Positions 1 to 8,301 of a DNA stretch of 64,000 nt are shown here, one piece after another. Origin of the DNA: Acutalibacteraceae bacterium. GTDB taxonomy: Bacteria > Bacillota > Clostridia > Oscillospirales > Acutalibacteraceae. The stretch lies in assembly GCA_051887355.1 (NCBI GenBank), contig JBJEZK010000007.1, positions 3,497 to 67,496 on the forward strand, read 5' to 3'. The translations under genes and the position numbers were made by a program. Within the stretch, counting starts at the first letter, position 1, and every line of letters starts with the position of its first letter. Below the pieces are notes generated by a model, which saw only the letters and a program-made list of their open reading frames with translations, had not been told where the DNA came from and did not search any database.

Positions 1-1
1 A

Positions 2-694
2 GTTATTTGGTCGGGGTTCACATTTAAGTGGTATTATAGGCTTTTTGAAAATCAGGAAATCCTGGCAGCTTTTTACAACACAATTATAATTGCCACTGTT
101 TCGGCGTTGTTGGCCACGATTCTCGGAACAATTGCATCCATTGGAATAATGAAAAGCAAAAAATGGACTCGCAAAATAATAATGAATATTACAAATTTGC
201 CAATGCTTAACCCTGAAATTGTTACAGGTGTGTCGCTGATGCTTTTATTTGTGTTCATGTATAATAATTTTGGGATTTTAAAACCGGGTCTTTTTACGCT
301 TATTTGTGCACATACTACATTTTGCTTGCCGTATGTTATTTTATCGGTTATGCCTAAATTTCGTCAGATGGATTCTCATATATACGAAGCAGCCCGAGAT
401 TTGGGATGCAATGCTTTTGTTGCATTTTTTAAAGTTGTGCTGCCTCAGATAATGCCGGGAATTATAACGGGAATGATAATGTCGTTTACAATGTCTATCG
501 ACGATTTTGTCATAAGCTATTTTGCAGGTGGAACAGTGGAAACTTTGCCTATAGCGGTTTATTCTATGACAAGAAAAATAGTAAGTCCGGAAATAAATGC
601 ATTATCGACCGAATTGTTTTTGGTTGTTTTTGTACTTCTTGTTGTAATAAATTTAAGGCGTAAAAATGATAATTTAGAGTTTTCCAAAAAATAA
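2..694 (+). CDS. potC: Spermidine/putrescine ABC transporter permease (PotC-like), 5' end cut by window edge
   Basis: Frame is open from position 2 with no stop. Multi-TM hydrophobic profile. ABC permease cytoplasmic loop 'IYEAARDLGCNAFVAFFKVVLPQIMPG'. A PotD-type binding protein gene follows immediately. Confidence 0.85.
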   Translation, partial: VIWSGFTFKWYYRLFENQEILAAFYNTIIIATVSALLATILGTIASIGIMKSKKWTRKIIMNITNLPMLNPEIVTGVSLMLLFVFMYNNFGILKPGLFTLICAHTTFCLPYVILSVMPKFRQMDSHIYEAARDLGCNAFVAFFKVVLPQIMPGIITGMIMSFTMSIDDFVISYFAGGTVETLPIAVYSMTRKIVSPEINALSTELFLVVFVLLVVINLRRKNDNLEFSKK

Positions 695-723
695 TATTTT
701 TAATCTGTCAGGGGAATGGTAAA

Positions 724-1893
724 ATGAAAAAAAATTTGCTTGCAATATTTTCTTTTTTAGTAGTAATTTTATTTTTTTCTGGTTGCTCTTCTAAAGAAAA
801 GGAAGATGAAAATACTATAAATGTATATAATTGGGGAGAATTTATATCTAACGGCGTAGATGGTAGCCTTAATGTTAATAAAAAATTTACCGAAGAAACC
901 GGAATAAAAGTAAATTATAAAACTTTTCAGAATAATGAAGAGTTGTTTGCTAAAATTTCAGGTGGCGGAGCGGATTATGATGTTATTATACCGTCAGATT
1001 ATATGATATCCAAATTGATAGAAAAAGACATGCTTGCAGAAATTAATTATGAAAATATTCCCAATTACAAGTATATAAGTGATGATTTTAAAAATTTAAA
1101 CTTTGACCCGTTAAATAAATATTCTGTACCTTATATGTGGGGATTGGTGGGAATATTTTATAATAAAAATGAGGTAAAAGAAGAAATAAACTGGGATATT
1201 CTTTGGAATGAAAAATATAAAAATAAGATTCTTATGTTCGATAATGCCAGAGATGCGTTTGCGATTTCTCTTTTGAGAAATAATTGTTCGATTAATACTC
1301 AGGACAAAAATGAGTGGAGGCAAGCGGCGGATGAGCTAATAAAACAGAAGCCCTTGGTCCAAGCTTATGTAATGGATCAAATATTTGATAAAATGGGTAA
1401 CGAAGAAGCTGTTTTGGCTCCGTACTATGCCGGCGATGCCGCTTCCATGGTTAAGAATAATTCTAATATCGGTTTTGTAATACCTAAGGATGGAACGAAT
1501 CGTTTTGTGGATTCTATGTGTATACCAAAGTCTTCTAAACATAAAGAATTAGCGGAAAAATACATAAATTTTATGTGCAGTACAGAAGTGGCTTTGGCAA
1601 ATGTAAACAAAACAGGCTATTCAACACCACATATAGAGGCTTTTAAAAATCTGGATGATGAAACGAAAAACAATAAGATATTTTATCCGGATTACGAAAT
1701 AATTAAAAATTCCCAAATATTTACTAATGAGCCTGACGATATCAATAAGCTTATGGATGAGCTTTGGGTAGAAGTTAAATCTGGTGGAATTTCAGATAGT
1801 CCCTGGATTTTGCTGGTGATTTTGGCTGGGTTTGGTATAATATATTTGGCTATAACTTATATATTAAAGATAAAAAATCAGCGACCAAATTAA
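724..1893 (+). CDS. potD: Spermidine/putrescine-binding lipoprotein (PotD-like) with an extra C-terminal TM segment
   Basis: Lipobox 'FFSGC'. PotD-like body ('VYNWGEFI', 'YDVIIPSDYMI', 'YMWG'). C-terminal hydrophobic tail 'WILLVILAGFGIIYLAITYIL' followed by a basic end. Confidence 0.85.
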   Translation: MKKNLLAIFSFLVVILFFSGCSSKEKEDENTINVYNWGEFISNGVDGSLNVNKKFTEETGIKVNYKTFQNNEELFAKISGGGADYDVIIPSDYMISKLIEKDMLAEINYENIPNYKYISDDFKNLNFDPLNKYSVPYMWGLVGIFYNKNEVKEEINWDILWNEKYKNKILMFDNARDAFAISLLRNNCSINTQDKNEWRQAADELIKQKPLVQAYVMDQIFDKMGNEEAVLAPYYAGDAASMVKNNSNIGFVIPKDGTNRFVDSMCIPKSSKHKELAEKYINFMCSTEVALANVNKTGYSTPHIEAFKNLDDETKNNKIFYPDYEIIKNSQIFTNEPDDINKLMDELWVEVKSGGISDSPWILLVILAGFGIIYLAITYILKIKNQRPN

Positions 1894-1928
1894 ATTAGAA
1901 AAATTATATAAATTTTTAGGTGAAAATT

Positions 1929-2606
1929 ATGATTTCTATAGCTATAGACGGCCCTTCAGGTTCGGGCAAAAGTACAATTTCAAAAATTTTATCCCAAAAA
2001 CTAGGATTTATGAATTTAGATACAGGGGCTCTATACCGAGCTTTAGCGTATTATTTGTTTAAAAATAATATTGATTATACCGGTGGTAAACTTGAGGAAA
2101 TTTTAAGAAATATAAATATAAAAGTGGTTCATGAAAATTTTGTTCAGCGTACCTATGTGAACGGTGAGGATGTAAGTGACTACATTAGAAGCCCTGAAAT
2201 TTCTTTGATTGCTTCCGAAATTTCATCTTTCCCTGATGTCCGTGAATATTTTCTGAATTTTCAAAGAGATTTTGCGAAGAGCCATAATGTGATTATGGAC
2301 GGAAGAGATATTGGAACTGTGGTTTTGCCGAACGCTGATTTAAAAATTTTTTTAACATCTTCTGCAGAAGCAAGAGCTAAGCGAAGGTACGACCAATTGG
2401 CAAAAAACATAAATAATAAAATTAGTTTTCAAGAAGTTTTTGATTCTATCTCAAAAAGAGATTATAACGATATTCACAGAAAAAATTCTCCTCTTGCTCC
2501 GGCGAAAGATGCTTTGAAGTTTGATAATTCGGAGCTGAGTTTATGTGAAACGATAAATCACCTTTTATCTGTAATTAAGGAGCGTGTAAATATTGAATCA
2601 AAATAA
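1929..2606 (+). CDS. cmk: Cytidylate kinase
   Basis: 'IAIDGPSGSGKSTISK' P-loop and 'LDTGALYRA'. ATG at 1929 lies 5 nt after AGGTGA; the in-frame GTG at 1920 sits inside that RBS. Confidence 0.93.
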   Translation: MISIAIDGPSGSGKSTISKILSQKLGFMNLDTGALYRALAYYLFKNNIDYTGGKLEEILRNINIKVVHENFVQRTYVNGEDVSDYIRSPEISLIASEISSFPDVREYFLNFQRDFAKSHNVIMDGRDIGTVVLPNADLKIFLTSSAEARAKRRYDQLAKNINNKISFQEVFDSISKRDYNDIHRKNSPLAPAKDALKFDNSELSLCETINHLLSVIKERVNIESK

Positions 2607-3204
2607 ACTTTTGTATCGAACAATTGTTTGTTTGATAAAGCCTTTTGTATCTATATTTTTTCCATATGAATTAAAGGGAGCTGAAAAGTTAAAGAATTTC
2701 CGGGACGGACATATTTTATGTTCTAACCACCTTTCGAATTTGGACCCTATTTTTTTGGCAATTGTACATTTTAAACCTATTAATTTTATGGCTAAAGCGG
2801 AGCTATTTAAAAGTAAATTATTTGGTAAATTTTTAAGTGCAATAGGAGTTTTTGCCGTGAATCGAGGCAAAAGCGATTCCCGTGCTCTTGAAAAAGCATC
2901 TGAAATACTAAAATCAGGAGAGGTGCTGGGTATATTTGTTGAAGGAACTCGTTCTAAAACGGGCGATTTTCTTCGTCCAAAATCCGGGGTCACTGTTTTA
3001 GCCCATGGAACTTCGTCGCCGATTATTCCTGTCTGTATAACTGGCGGCGGAAAAAATAACAGAATAAAAATGTTTAAGAAAACAATTATAGAATACAATT
3101 ATCCGATATTTCCGGAACAGTTGAACATTAAAGAAGGTTCGAGACAGGAAATAAAAGCGGGAACGGCTCTGATTATGCAAAAAATTAAAGAATTAAGACA
3201 TTAA
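2593..3204 (+). CDS. plsC: 1-acyl-sn-glycerol-3-phosphate acyltransferase
   Basis: Acyltransferase motif 'NHLSNLDP' plus 'FVEGTRS'. TTG start 10 nt after AAGGAG. Overlaps the cmk stop. Confidence 0.85.
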   Translation: MNQNKLLYRTIVCLIKPFVSIFFPYELKGAEKLKNFRDGHILCSNHLSNLDPIFLAIVHFKPINFMAKAELFKSKLFGKFLSAIGVFAVNRGKSDSRALEKASEILKSGEVLGIFVEGTRSKTGDFLRPKSGVTVLAHGTSSPIIPVCITGGGKNNRIKMFKKTIIEYNYPIFPEQLNIKEGSRQEIKAGTALIMQKIKELRH

Positions 3205-3220
3205 AGGGAGGAGATTTAAG

Positions 3221-4072
3221 ATAGAAATTATATCTGCAAAAACACAAGGTTTTTGCTTCGGTGTAGATCGTAGCATAAAAATAGTTAATAATCTTTTGAA
3301 AGAAAATAAAAATATATGCACTTTAGGGTCTATAATTCACAATCCTGAAGTTGTAAAAAAATTGGAAACTAAAGGAGTTAAGATTATTGGTGATCCGTCA
3401 GAACTGCCTGACGGATTTTCTTTGGTTATACGTTCGCATGGTGTAAGCAAAAATATATTGGATTATATAACCGAACGCTCGTTGGATTATAAAGATGCAA
3501 CATGTCCGTTTGTGAAAAAAATTCACAAAATTGTGAAAAATAATAACGATAAAGATATTTTATTGGCTGCCGGTAGTGAAAATCACCCCGAAATGATAGG
3601 GATAAGGAGTTATTTCAATAAAAAAAGTTATGTGTTCAGCTGTTTAGAAGAGTTAAGGGATATTTTTAAAAATCATCCCGAGATAAAAAATAAAAAGATT
3701 ATAGTAGTTTCTCAAACAACTTTTTCTTATGAAAAATGGTTAAAATGCACAGAATATTTAAAGGGCGCCTTGACAAATATCTGTATATTTGATACAATTT
3801 GCAGTACAACTTATCTTAGGCAAAAAGAAGCTGAAGACATAGCGAAAGTTTGTGACGTTGTCTTAGTCGTTGGGGGGAAAAAAAGTTCGAATACAAACAA
3901 GCTTTGTGATATTTGCAGTAAATATTCGAAGGCTTTTTTGATAGAAAATGAAAAAGAATTATATTGTTTAAATTTAGAAAATATACACAAAGTAGGTATA
4001 GTGAGCGGCGCTTCAACTTCTATGGACGCTATAAAGAAAGTTAGAATTTATCTTGAGAATAATTGTGAATAA
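3221..4072 (+). CDS. ispH: 4-hydroxy-3-methylbut-2-enyl diphosphate reductase (IspH/LytB); start codon uncertain and non-canonical
   Basis: The conserved N-terminus 'EIISAKTQGFCFGVDRSI', which carries the first Fe-S cysteine, lies upstream of the ORF-track start at 3296. 'SHGV', 'ATCPFV' and 'SSNTNKL' motifs are present. The only in-frame start options after the stop at 3194-3196 are ATT/ATA codons. ATA at 3221 lies 9 nt after GGAGG (3207-3211). Confidence 0.8.
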   Translation: MEIISAKTQGFCFGVDRSIKIVNNLLKENKNICTLGSIIHNPEVVKKLETKGVKIIGDPSELPDGFSLVIRSHGVSKNILDYITERSLDYKDATCPFVKKIHKIVKNNNDKDILLAAGSENHPEMIGIRSYFNKKSYVFSCLEELRDIFKNHPEIKNKKIIVVSQTTFSYEKWLKCTEYLKGALTNICIFDTICSTTYLRQKEAEDIAKVCDVVLVVGGKKSSNTNKLCDICSKYSKAFLIENEKELYCLNLENIHKVGIVSGASTSMDAIKKVRIYLENNCE

Positions 4073-4105
4073 TATTCAAATTATTTTTTGTTGGAGGTAA
4101 TTTTA

Positions 4106-4279
4106 ATGAGTGATATGCAAAAACTTAGTGCAGAAGAATTATTGGAAGTATCCGGCGGAAGAGAAATGCGAAAACCATTCATGACTCAAATAAAAATTGA
4201 TAAAAAATCGGAACATAGCGATGACCAAAAAAAAGATGCGGAAAAAGTATTTCCGCTTGGAGAAGGATTATCTGATTAG
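4106..4279 (+). CDS. 57-aa peptide with a double-glycine (class II bacteriocin / peptide-pheromone type) leader
   Basis: GGAGG at 4093-4097, 8 nt before the ATG. The leader 'MSDMQKLSAEELLEVSGG' matches the consensus positions L-12, S-11, E-8, L-7, V-4, G-2, G-1. The 39-aa core is hydrophilic, highly charged and has no Cys. Confidence 0.5.
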   Translation: MSDMQKLSAEELLEVSGGREMRKPFMTQIKIDKKSEHSDDQKKDAEKVFPLGEGLSD

Positions 4280-5467
4280 ATATAATTGTTTTTGAGGAGG
4301 GCATAGTGCTACTCCTCCATTTTTTGTTACTTGCACCATCTCTTCTATTGAACCACCATTTTCAATTTGAACTCTTGGCTCAATTGTGTACACTCCATTT
4401 TCTTGTAGCATCATTTCGGATCGTTTGTGTCCACGAGGAGACAGACTTGTGCCGGGACTGTGAGCATCTTCACCGACAGGGTGTCCCGTTGCGTGATTAT
4501 AATCAGGATATCCATTTTCAATTATGTAATTTCTGACCAATTGATCGATATCGCTTCCGCATTTGCATGGTTTTAAGTTATCTATACCGATTTTTATGGC
4601 TGACACCAGTGTGTCAAATACTTTTTTTATATTTTCGGGTGCTGATTTTTCGTTTTGACGCAATGCGTAGCCCATACGTTGAATATCACTTGAATATTTT
4701 TTGCCGTTTTTTGTGTGTATTTTTACTCCAAAATCAAAATAAATCGTATATCCGGGCTTTAAAACAGTATTTCCGGCGGCGCTATGGCCTCCTTTTTTTA
4801 AATTTGGTCCAACCAATACAACCGGGCAGAGATCTTTTTCCCAAGAAAATTCTTCTTTTATGATTCCGTATTTTTTAAAATAAAAAGGTTTTTTTTCGAA
4901 AATTTTATGTGTTAAGAACGATATCTGTTTTTCTGTCATGCCGATTCTAATTTTCCTGAAAGTCATGTTTAATATTTCCAACGCTCTATTTGCTGCGATT
5001 TTTAGATATTTTATGTCTTCGTCGCTTTTTTTATCCATCAAAGAATAAATAATTTCATCGGCGGAGTTAAACGTGGGGGTGGGGCATCCGAATTTGTTGT
5101 AGAATGCCGTTATATTATCTTTTAGAAATCTGAAAGTTCCATATCCTATTATATCTGTTTGAGAATCTCTCTTGTCAGAAAAATTGAAGAAAAGTTTATT
5201 TGGAAAATTCAATTTTTCCAGTGTGCTGGTGATATTTTCTATTAAAGAACTTTCTCCTGTGTACAGTTTGATCTTTCCGTTAAAATTTTTTACATTTTCG
5301 TAATCCAGACTATGTACTATTAAAAAATTTTCTGATCCGGTGATTATAGATATTGCAGGGACTATTGTTTTTGAAGATATGAATTTTTTAAAATATGGAT
5401 CACAGTTTTCGGCTGAATACATAATCCATGCCGAATTATTATTTTTTAATTGAGGAATGTCATTCAT
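4268..5467 (-). CDS. M24-family metallopeptidase (Xaa-Pro aminopeptidase / prolidase-like)
   Basis: C-terminal pita-bread motifs 'HATGHPVGEDAHSPG', 'YTIEPRV' and 'GGSIEEMV'. Its 3' end overlaps the convergent peptide gene by 12 nt. Confidence 0.75.
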   Translation of the reverse strand: MNDIPQLKNNNSAWIMYSAENCDPYFKKFISSKTIVPAISIITGSENFLIVHSLDYENVKNFNGKIKLYTGESSLIENITSTLEKLNFPNKLFFNFSDKRDSQTDIIGYGTFRFLKDNITAFYNKFGCPTPTFNSADEIIYSLMDKKSDEDIKYLKIAANRALEILNMTFRKIRIGMTEKQISFLTHKIFEKKPFYFKKYGIIKEEFSWEKDLCPVVLVGPNLKKGGHSAAGNTVLKPGYTIYFDFGVKIHTKNGKKYSSDIQRMGYALRQNEKSAPENIKKVFDTLVSAIKIGIDNLKPCKCGSDIDQLVRNYIIENGYPDYNHATGHPVGEDAHSPGTSLSPRGHKRSEMMLQENGVYTIEPRVQIENGGSIEEMVQVTKNGGVALCPPQKQLYLIR

Positions 5468-5556
5468 ACATTATCGTTACTCCTTGATTTTAATTTGATT
5501 ATCAATTACATTATGATTTATAAAAATATGAAATTCAACAACAAAATAAAAAAGAG

Positions 5557-6105
5557 GTGATATTAATTAGTCGACTTAAAATATTATGTGAAATGTCTGT
5601 TATTATTTCCTTGAGTGTGATTTTAAGCTTTTTTATTATTTTTAAGCTCCCTTTGGGAGGGAGTGTTACTCTTGCCCAAACACTGCCAATAATATGGTTT
5701 GCGCTTCGAAGAGGGTGCAAGTGCGGAATGGCCGCTTCTTTTATATTTGGAATTATAAAATTGATTTTATCATTTAATATGCCTGTAGCTGACGATATGT
5801 ATATTATTTTATATGCTTTGATTTTGGACTATATTCTTGGTTACATAGTTATAGGGATGACCCCCTTATATGTGAAGAAAATTGAAAGTTTTAGATATAA
5901 ATTGATATTTGGTGGTTTTTTTGCAAATATTTTACGATTGATTATTAATATAATTTCCGGAGTGTTGGTGTGGGGTCGATATTTGCTATGTCATAAACAT
6001 GTTTGGAGTTATTCGATAGCTTATAATTGTTCATATATGATTCCGGAAATTATAATAACGGCAATATGCTGCTATTTTGTTTCAGAATATAAAATATGTT
6101 TTTGA
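5557..6105 (+). CDS. thiT: ECF-transporter S component, ThiT-like (thiamine)
   Basis: Six-TM profile. 'LPIIWFALRRGCKCGMAASFIFGII' and 'YSIAYNCSYMIPEIIITAICCYF' resemble ThiT of Lactococcus and Bacillus. GTG start after AAGAGGTG. Confidence 0.6.
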   Translation: MILISRLKILCEMSVIISLSVILSFFIIFKLPLGGSVTLAQTLPIIWFALRRGCKCGMAASFIFGIIKLILSFNMPVADDMYIILYALILDYILGYIVIGMTPLYVKKIESFRYKLIFGGFFANILRLIINIISGVLVWGRYLLCHKHVWSYSIAYNCSYMIPEIIITAICCYFVSEYKICF

Positions 6106-6170
6106 TTTACATCTTTTTTCACAATATATCTTTTATTTAATAATATATTGATGAGGGAAGGTGTATTTTT

Positions 6171-6734
6171 ATGGCAATAAAAATTTTTATAGATCAAGGT
6201 CACAATCCCGGCAATATAAATGCGGGAGCGCAAGGATTTGGAATGAGAGAGGAAGATATAACTTATAATGTAGGTAGATATCTTGCGGATATTTTAAATA
6301 ATGATTCTAGGTTTGAAGCAAGGCTTTCGAGAAATTCTCCTGATGAAGTGTTGGGAACAAGCAATACCACAAGTTTGGCGGCTCGTGTTAATGCGGCAAA
6401 TTCTTGGCCGGCAAATTATTTTTTAAGTATACATGTAAATGCCAATGTGAACCCTGCTATAAATGGGTCCGAAGTGTATGTTTATCAAGAGTACTCGCAG
6501 TCATATTATATGGGAGAACAAATTTTAAATTCGATGGTAAACGTTGTCGGTACTAAAGACAATGGGCTAAGAATAAGGCCGTCGCTTTATGTTCTCAGAA
6601 AGACAACTATGCCTGCTGCTTTAATAGAGTTAGCATATATCACCAATGAATCCGATGCGGAAAAATTAAAAAATGATCAGTACTTGTTTGCAAGATCAAT
6701 TTATATAGGGCTTCTGAATTATTTTGGATTGTGA
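6171..6734 (+). CDS. N-acetylmuramoyl-L-alanine amidase (Amidase_3 catalytic domain only)
   Basis: 'IFIDQGHNPG', 'LSIHVNA', 'VYV', 'TMPAALIELAYITN'. No signal peptide and no wall-binding domain. Confidence 0.85.
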   Translation: MAIKIFIDQGHNPGNINAGAQGFGMREEDITYNVGRYLADILNNDSRFEARLSRNSPDEVLGTSNTTSLAARVNAANSWPANYFLSIHVNANVNPAINGSEVYVYQEYSQSYYMGEQILNSMVNVVGTKDNGLRIRPSLYVLRKTTMPAALIELAYITNESDAEKLKNDQYLFARSIYIGLLNYFGL

Positions 6735-6759
6735 TTTTGGGAAAAATTTAATTCATAGG

Positions 6760-6788
6760 TTGAAGTAAATTAATTTTAGTGATAAAAT
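6760..6788 (+). promoter_or_regulatory. Sigma-A-type promoter for the ferritin gene
   Basis: TTGAAG, 17 nt spacer, TAAAAT, with an extended -10 TG (TGaTAAAAT). Confidence 0.5.
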
Positions 6789-6828
6789 CATGGGGAGTAA
6801 TATTATTTAAAAAAATCGGGAGGAAATT

Positions 6829-7338
6829 ATGGACTTAGAAGTAGCAGAACTTATAAATGATCAAATTAATAAGGAATTTTATTCAGCATATTTGTATCTG
6901 GATTTTGCAAATTATTATGGTTCGGTTGGACTTGATGGATTTGAAAATTGGTATAAAATTCAGGCTCAAGAAGAAAGAGATCATGCACTTTTGTTCTATC
7001 AATATCTTCAGAACAGCGGAGAAAAAGTTACTCTGAAAGCTATTGATAAACCTGACAAAATTTTAGACAATAATATGGTGCCCTTATTGGCCGGATTGGA
7101 GCATGAAAAATATGTAACGGAGTTAATTCATAAAATCTATGCAGTGGCTTTTGAAAAGCACGATTTTAGAACGATGCAGTTGCTGGATTGGTTTGTGAAA
7201 GAACAGGGCGAAGAAGAAAAAAATGCAGCTGATTTAATAACAAAAATGGAATTATACGGAACTGATTCCAAAGGGCTTTATATGCTTAATAATGAGTTGA
7301 AATCTCGTGTGTACGCAGCTCCTTCTTTGGTTTTGTAA
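6829..7338 (+). CDS. ftn: Non-heme ferritin
   Basis: Ferroxidase-centre pattern 'EFYSAYLYL...QAQEERDHA...LEHEK...EQGEEE'. Typical 169-aa length. GGGAGG RBS. Confidence 0.9.
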   Translation: MDLEVAELINDQINKEFYSAYLYLDFANYYGSVGLDGFENWYKIQAQEERDHALLFYQYLQNSGEKVTLKAIDKPDKILDNNMVPLLAGLEHEKYVTELIHKIYAVAFEKHDFRTMQLLDWFVKEQGEEEKNAADLITKMELYGTDSKGLYMLNNELKSRVYAAPSLVL

Positions 7339-7357
7339 ATTTGAATACTATATAATT

Positions 7358-7390
7358 AAAACTGCTAAGCCTTATAAGCTTAGCAGTTTT
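7358..7390. terminator. Bidirectional rho-independent terminator (ferritin on +, tRNA operon on -)
   Basis: 13-bp stem AAAACTGCTAAGC / GCTTAGCAGTTTT with a 7-nt loop. A/T runs on both sides. Confidence 0.85.
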
Positions 7391-7472
7391 AAATTTCTCA
7401 TAAATGGAAATATAAATATAAACAAAAACCAACGATGAACCGGTGTACTCGAATTAGATTCAACGCTGATTC

Positions 7473-7547
<75 letters not shown>

Positions 7548-7604
7548 AAATATACTAACAATAATGTCGAGTCAAAGTTAAAAACTCGGACTCGACACAA
7601 AAAT

Positions 7605-7691
7605 TGGTACCGGTGGCCGGACTCGAACCGGCACGGTATCGCTACCGAGGGATTTTAAGTCCCTTGCGTCTACCTATTCCGCCACACCGGC
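7605..7691 (-). tRNA. tRNA-Leu (anticodon UAA), long variable arm, CCA encoded
   Basis: Reverse complement is GCCGGTG...AGGGA-CTTAAAA-TCCCT with a long variable arm, T arm GGTTCGAGTCC and a CCA end. 87 nt. Confidence 0.95.
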
Positions 7692-7737
7692 TAATATTCT
7701 CTTGCGACCCTATACCAATTCACAAGTCACAAGAGTT

Positions 7738-7766
7738 ATTATAAACAATACTAAATTGAAAGTCAA
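7738..7766 (-). promoter_or_regulatory. Sigma-A promoter of the tRNA-Leu/tRNA-Gly operon
   Basis: Minus strand reads TTGACT, 17 nt spacer, TATAAT. The -35 overlaps the stop codon of the upstream 173-aa gene. Confidence 0.7.
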
Positions 7767-8284
7767 GAGTTTAAATCGTTAAAATTTAAATTATTTAAAT
7801 TATATCCGTCTTTTGCAATTTGATTTAGAGTACTGTCTACACCGGAGGACAAATATTCATTTTTTAAATTTTTTTCTATTTCTCGTGCCACATGCTCTTC
7901 TGAGAGAGATTTATGCCTGATTTTGTTGACGAGAAACGAAATAGATCCTTCAGTGTTTTCTTTGTAAATGGTTGAATTTAGATATTTATCACATGAAATC
8001 TTTAGGCTTCTCAGAAATTCAGCGTACTCCTTTCCTGCAAAATGTTCGGTTTCATCACCCTTTGTTCGGCATTTTACTATTAACGGAAGATCTTTTAATT
8101 TTTGAATTAGGGTTCTGATTGCTTGTCTGATTTCAAAGTCTAATTCGATAAAACATCGTTCTTGAGATTCTCCAAATTGTTGTTTTTTGAATGCATTCAG
8201 CTCTTGCAGTAAATTTTTTATTATTTTTTTATTCCACATGTAGCTCCCATTTTCTAAAAAGTTTGAATCTATAAATCCGTTCAT
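7763..8284 (-). CDS. Hypothetical cytoplasmic protein (173 aa)
   Basis: AAGGAGAG RBS 17 nt after the stop of the upstream binding-protein gene. No TM segment, no signal peptide and no motif I recognise. Confidence 0.6.
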   Translation of the reverse strand: MNGFIDSNFLENGSYMWNKKIIKNLLQELNAFKKQQFGESQERCFIELDFEIRQAIRTLIQKLKDLPLIVKCRTKGDETEHFAGKEYAEFLRSLKISCDKYLNSTIYKENTEGSISFLVNKIRHKSLSEEHVAREIEKNLKNEYLSSGVDSTLNQIAKDGYNLNNLNFNDLNS

Positions 8285-8301
8285 ATATTACTCTCCTTAT
8301 G

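Noticed and set aside
2598-3098. 166-aa minus-strand ORF inside plsC
   Set aside because: It is antisense to a gene with a clear NHxxxxD acyltransferase motif. It has no RBS and the composition of a shadow ORF.
7566-7597. Hairpin GTCGAGTC...GACTCGAC between tRNA-Leu and tRNA-Gly
   Set aside because: It has no U-run on the transcribed strand and sits inside a tRNA spacer. It is most simply a processing-site structure, with nothing to suggest an independent feature.
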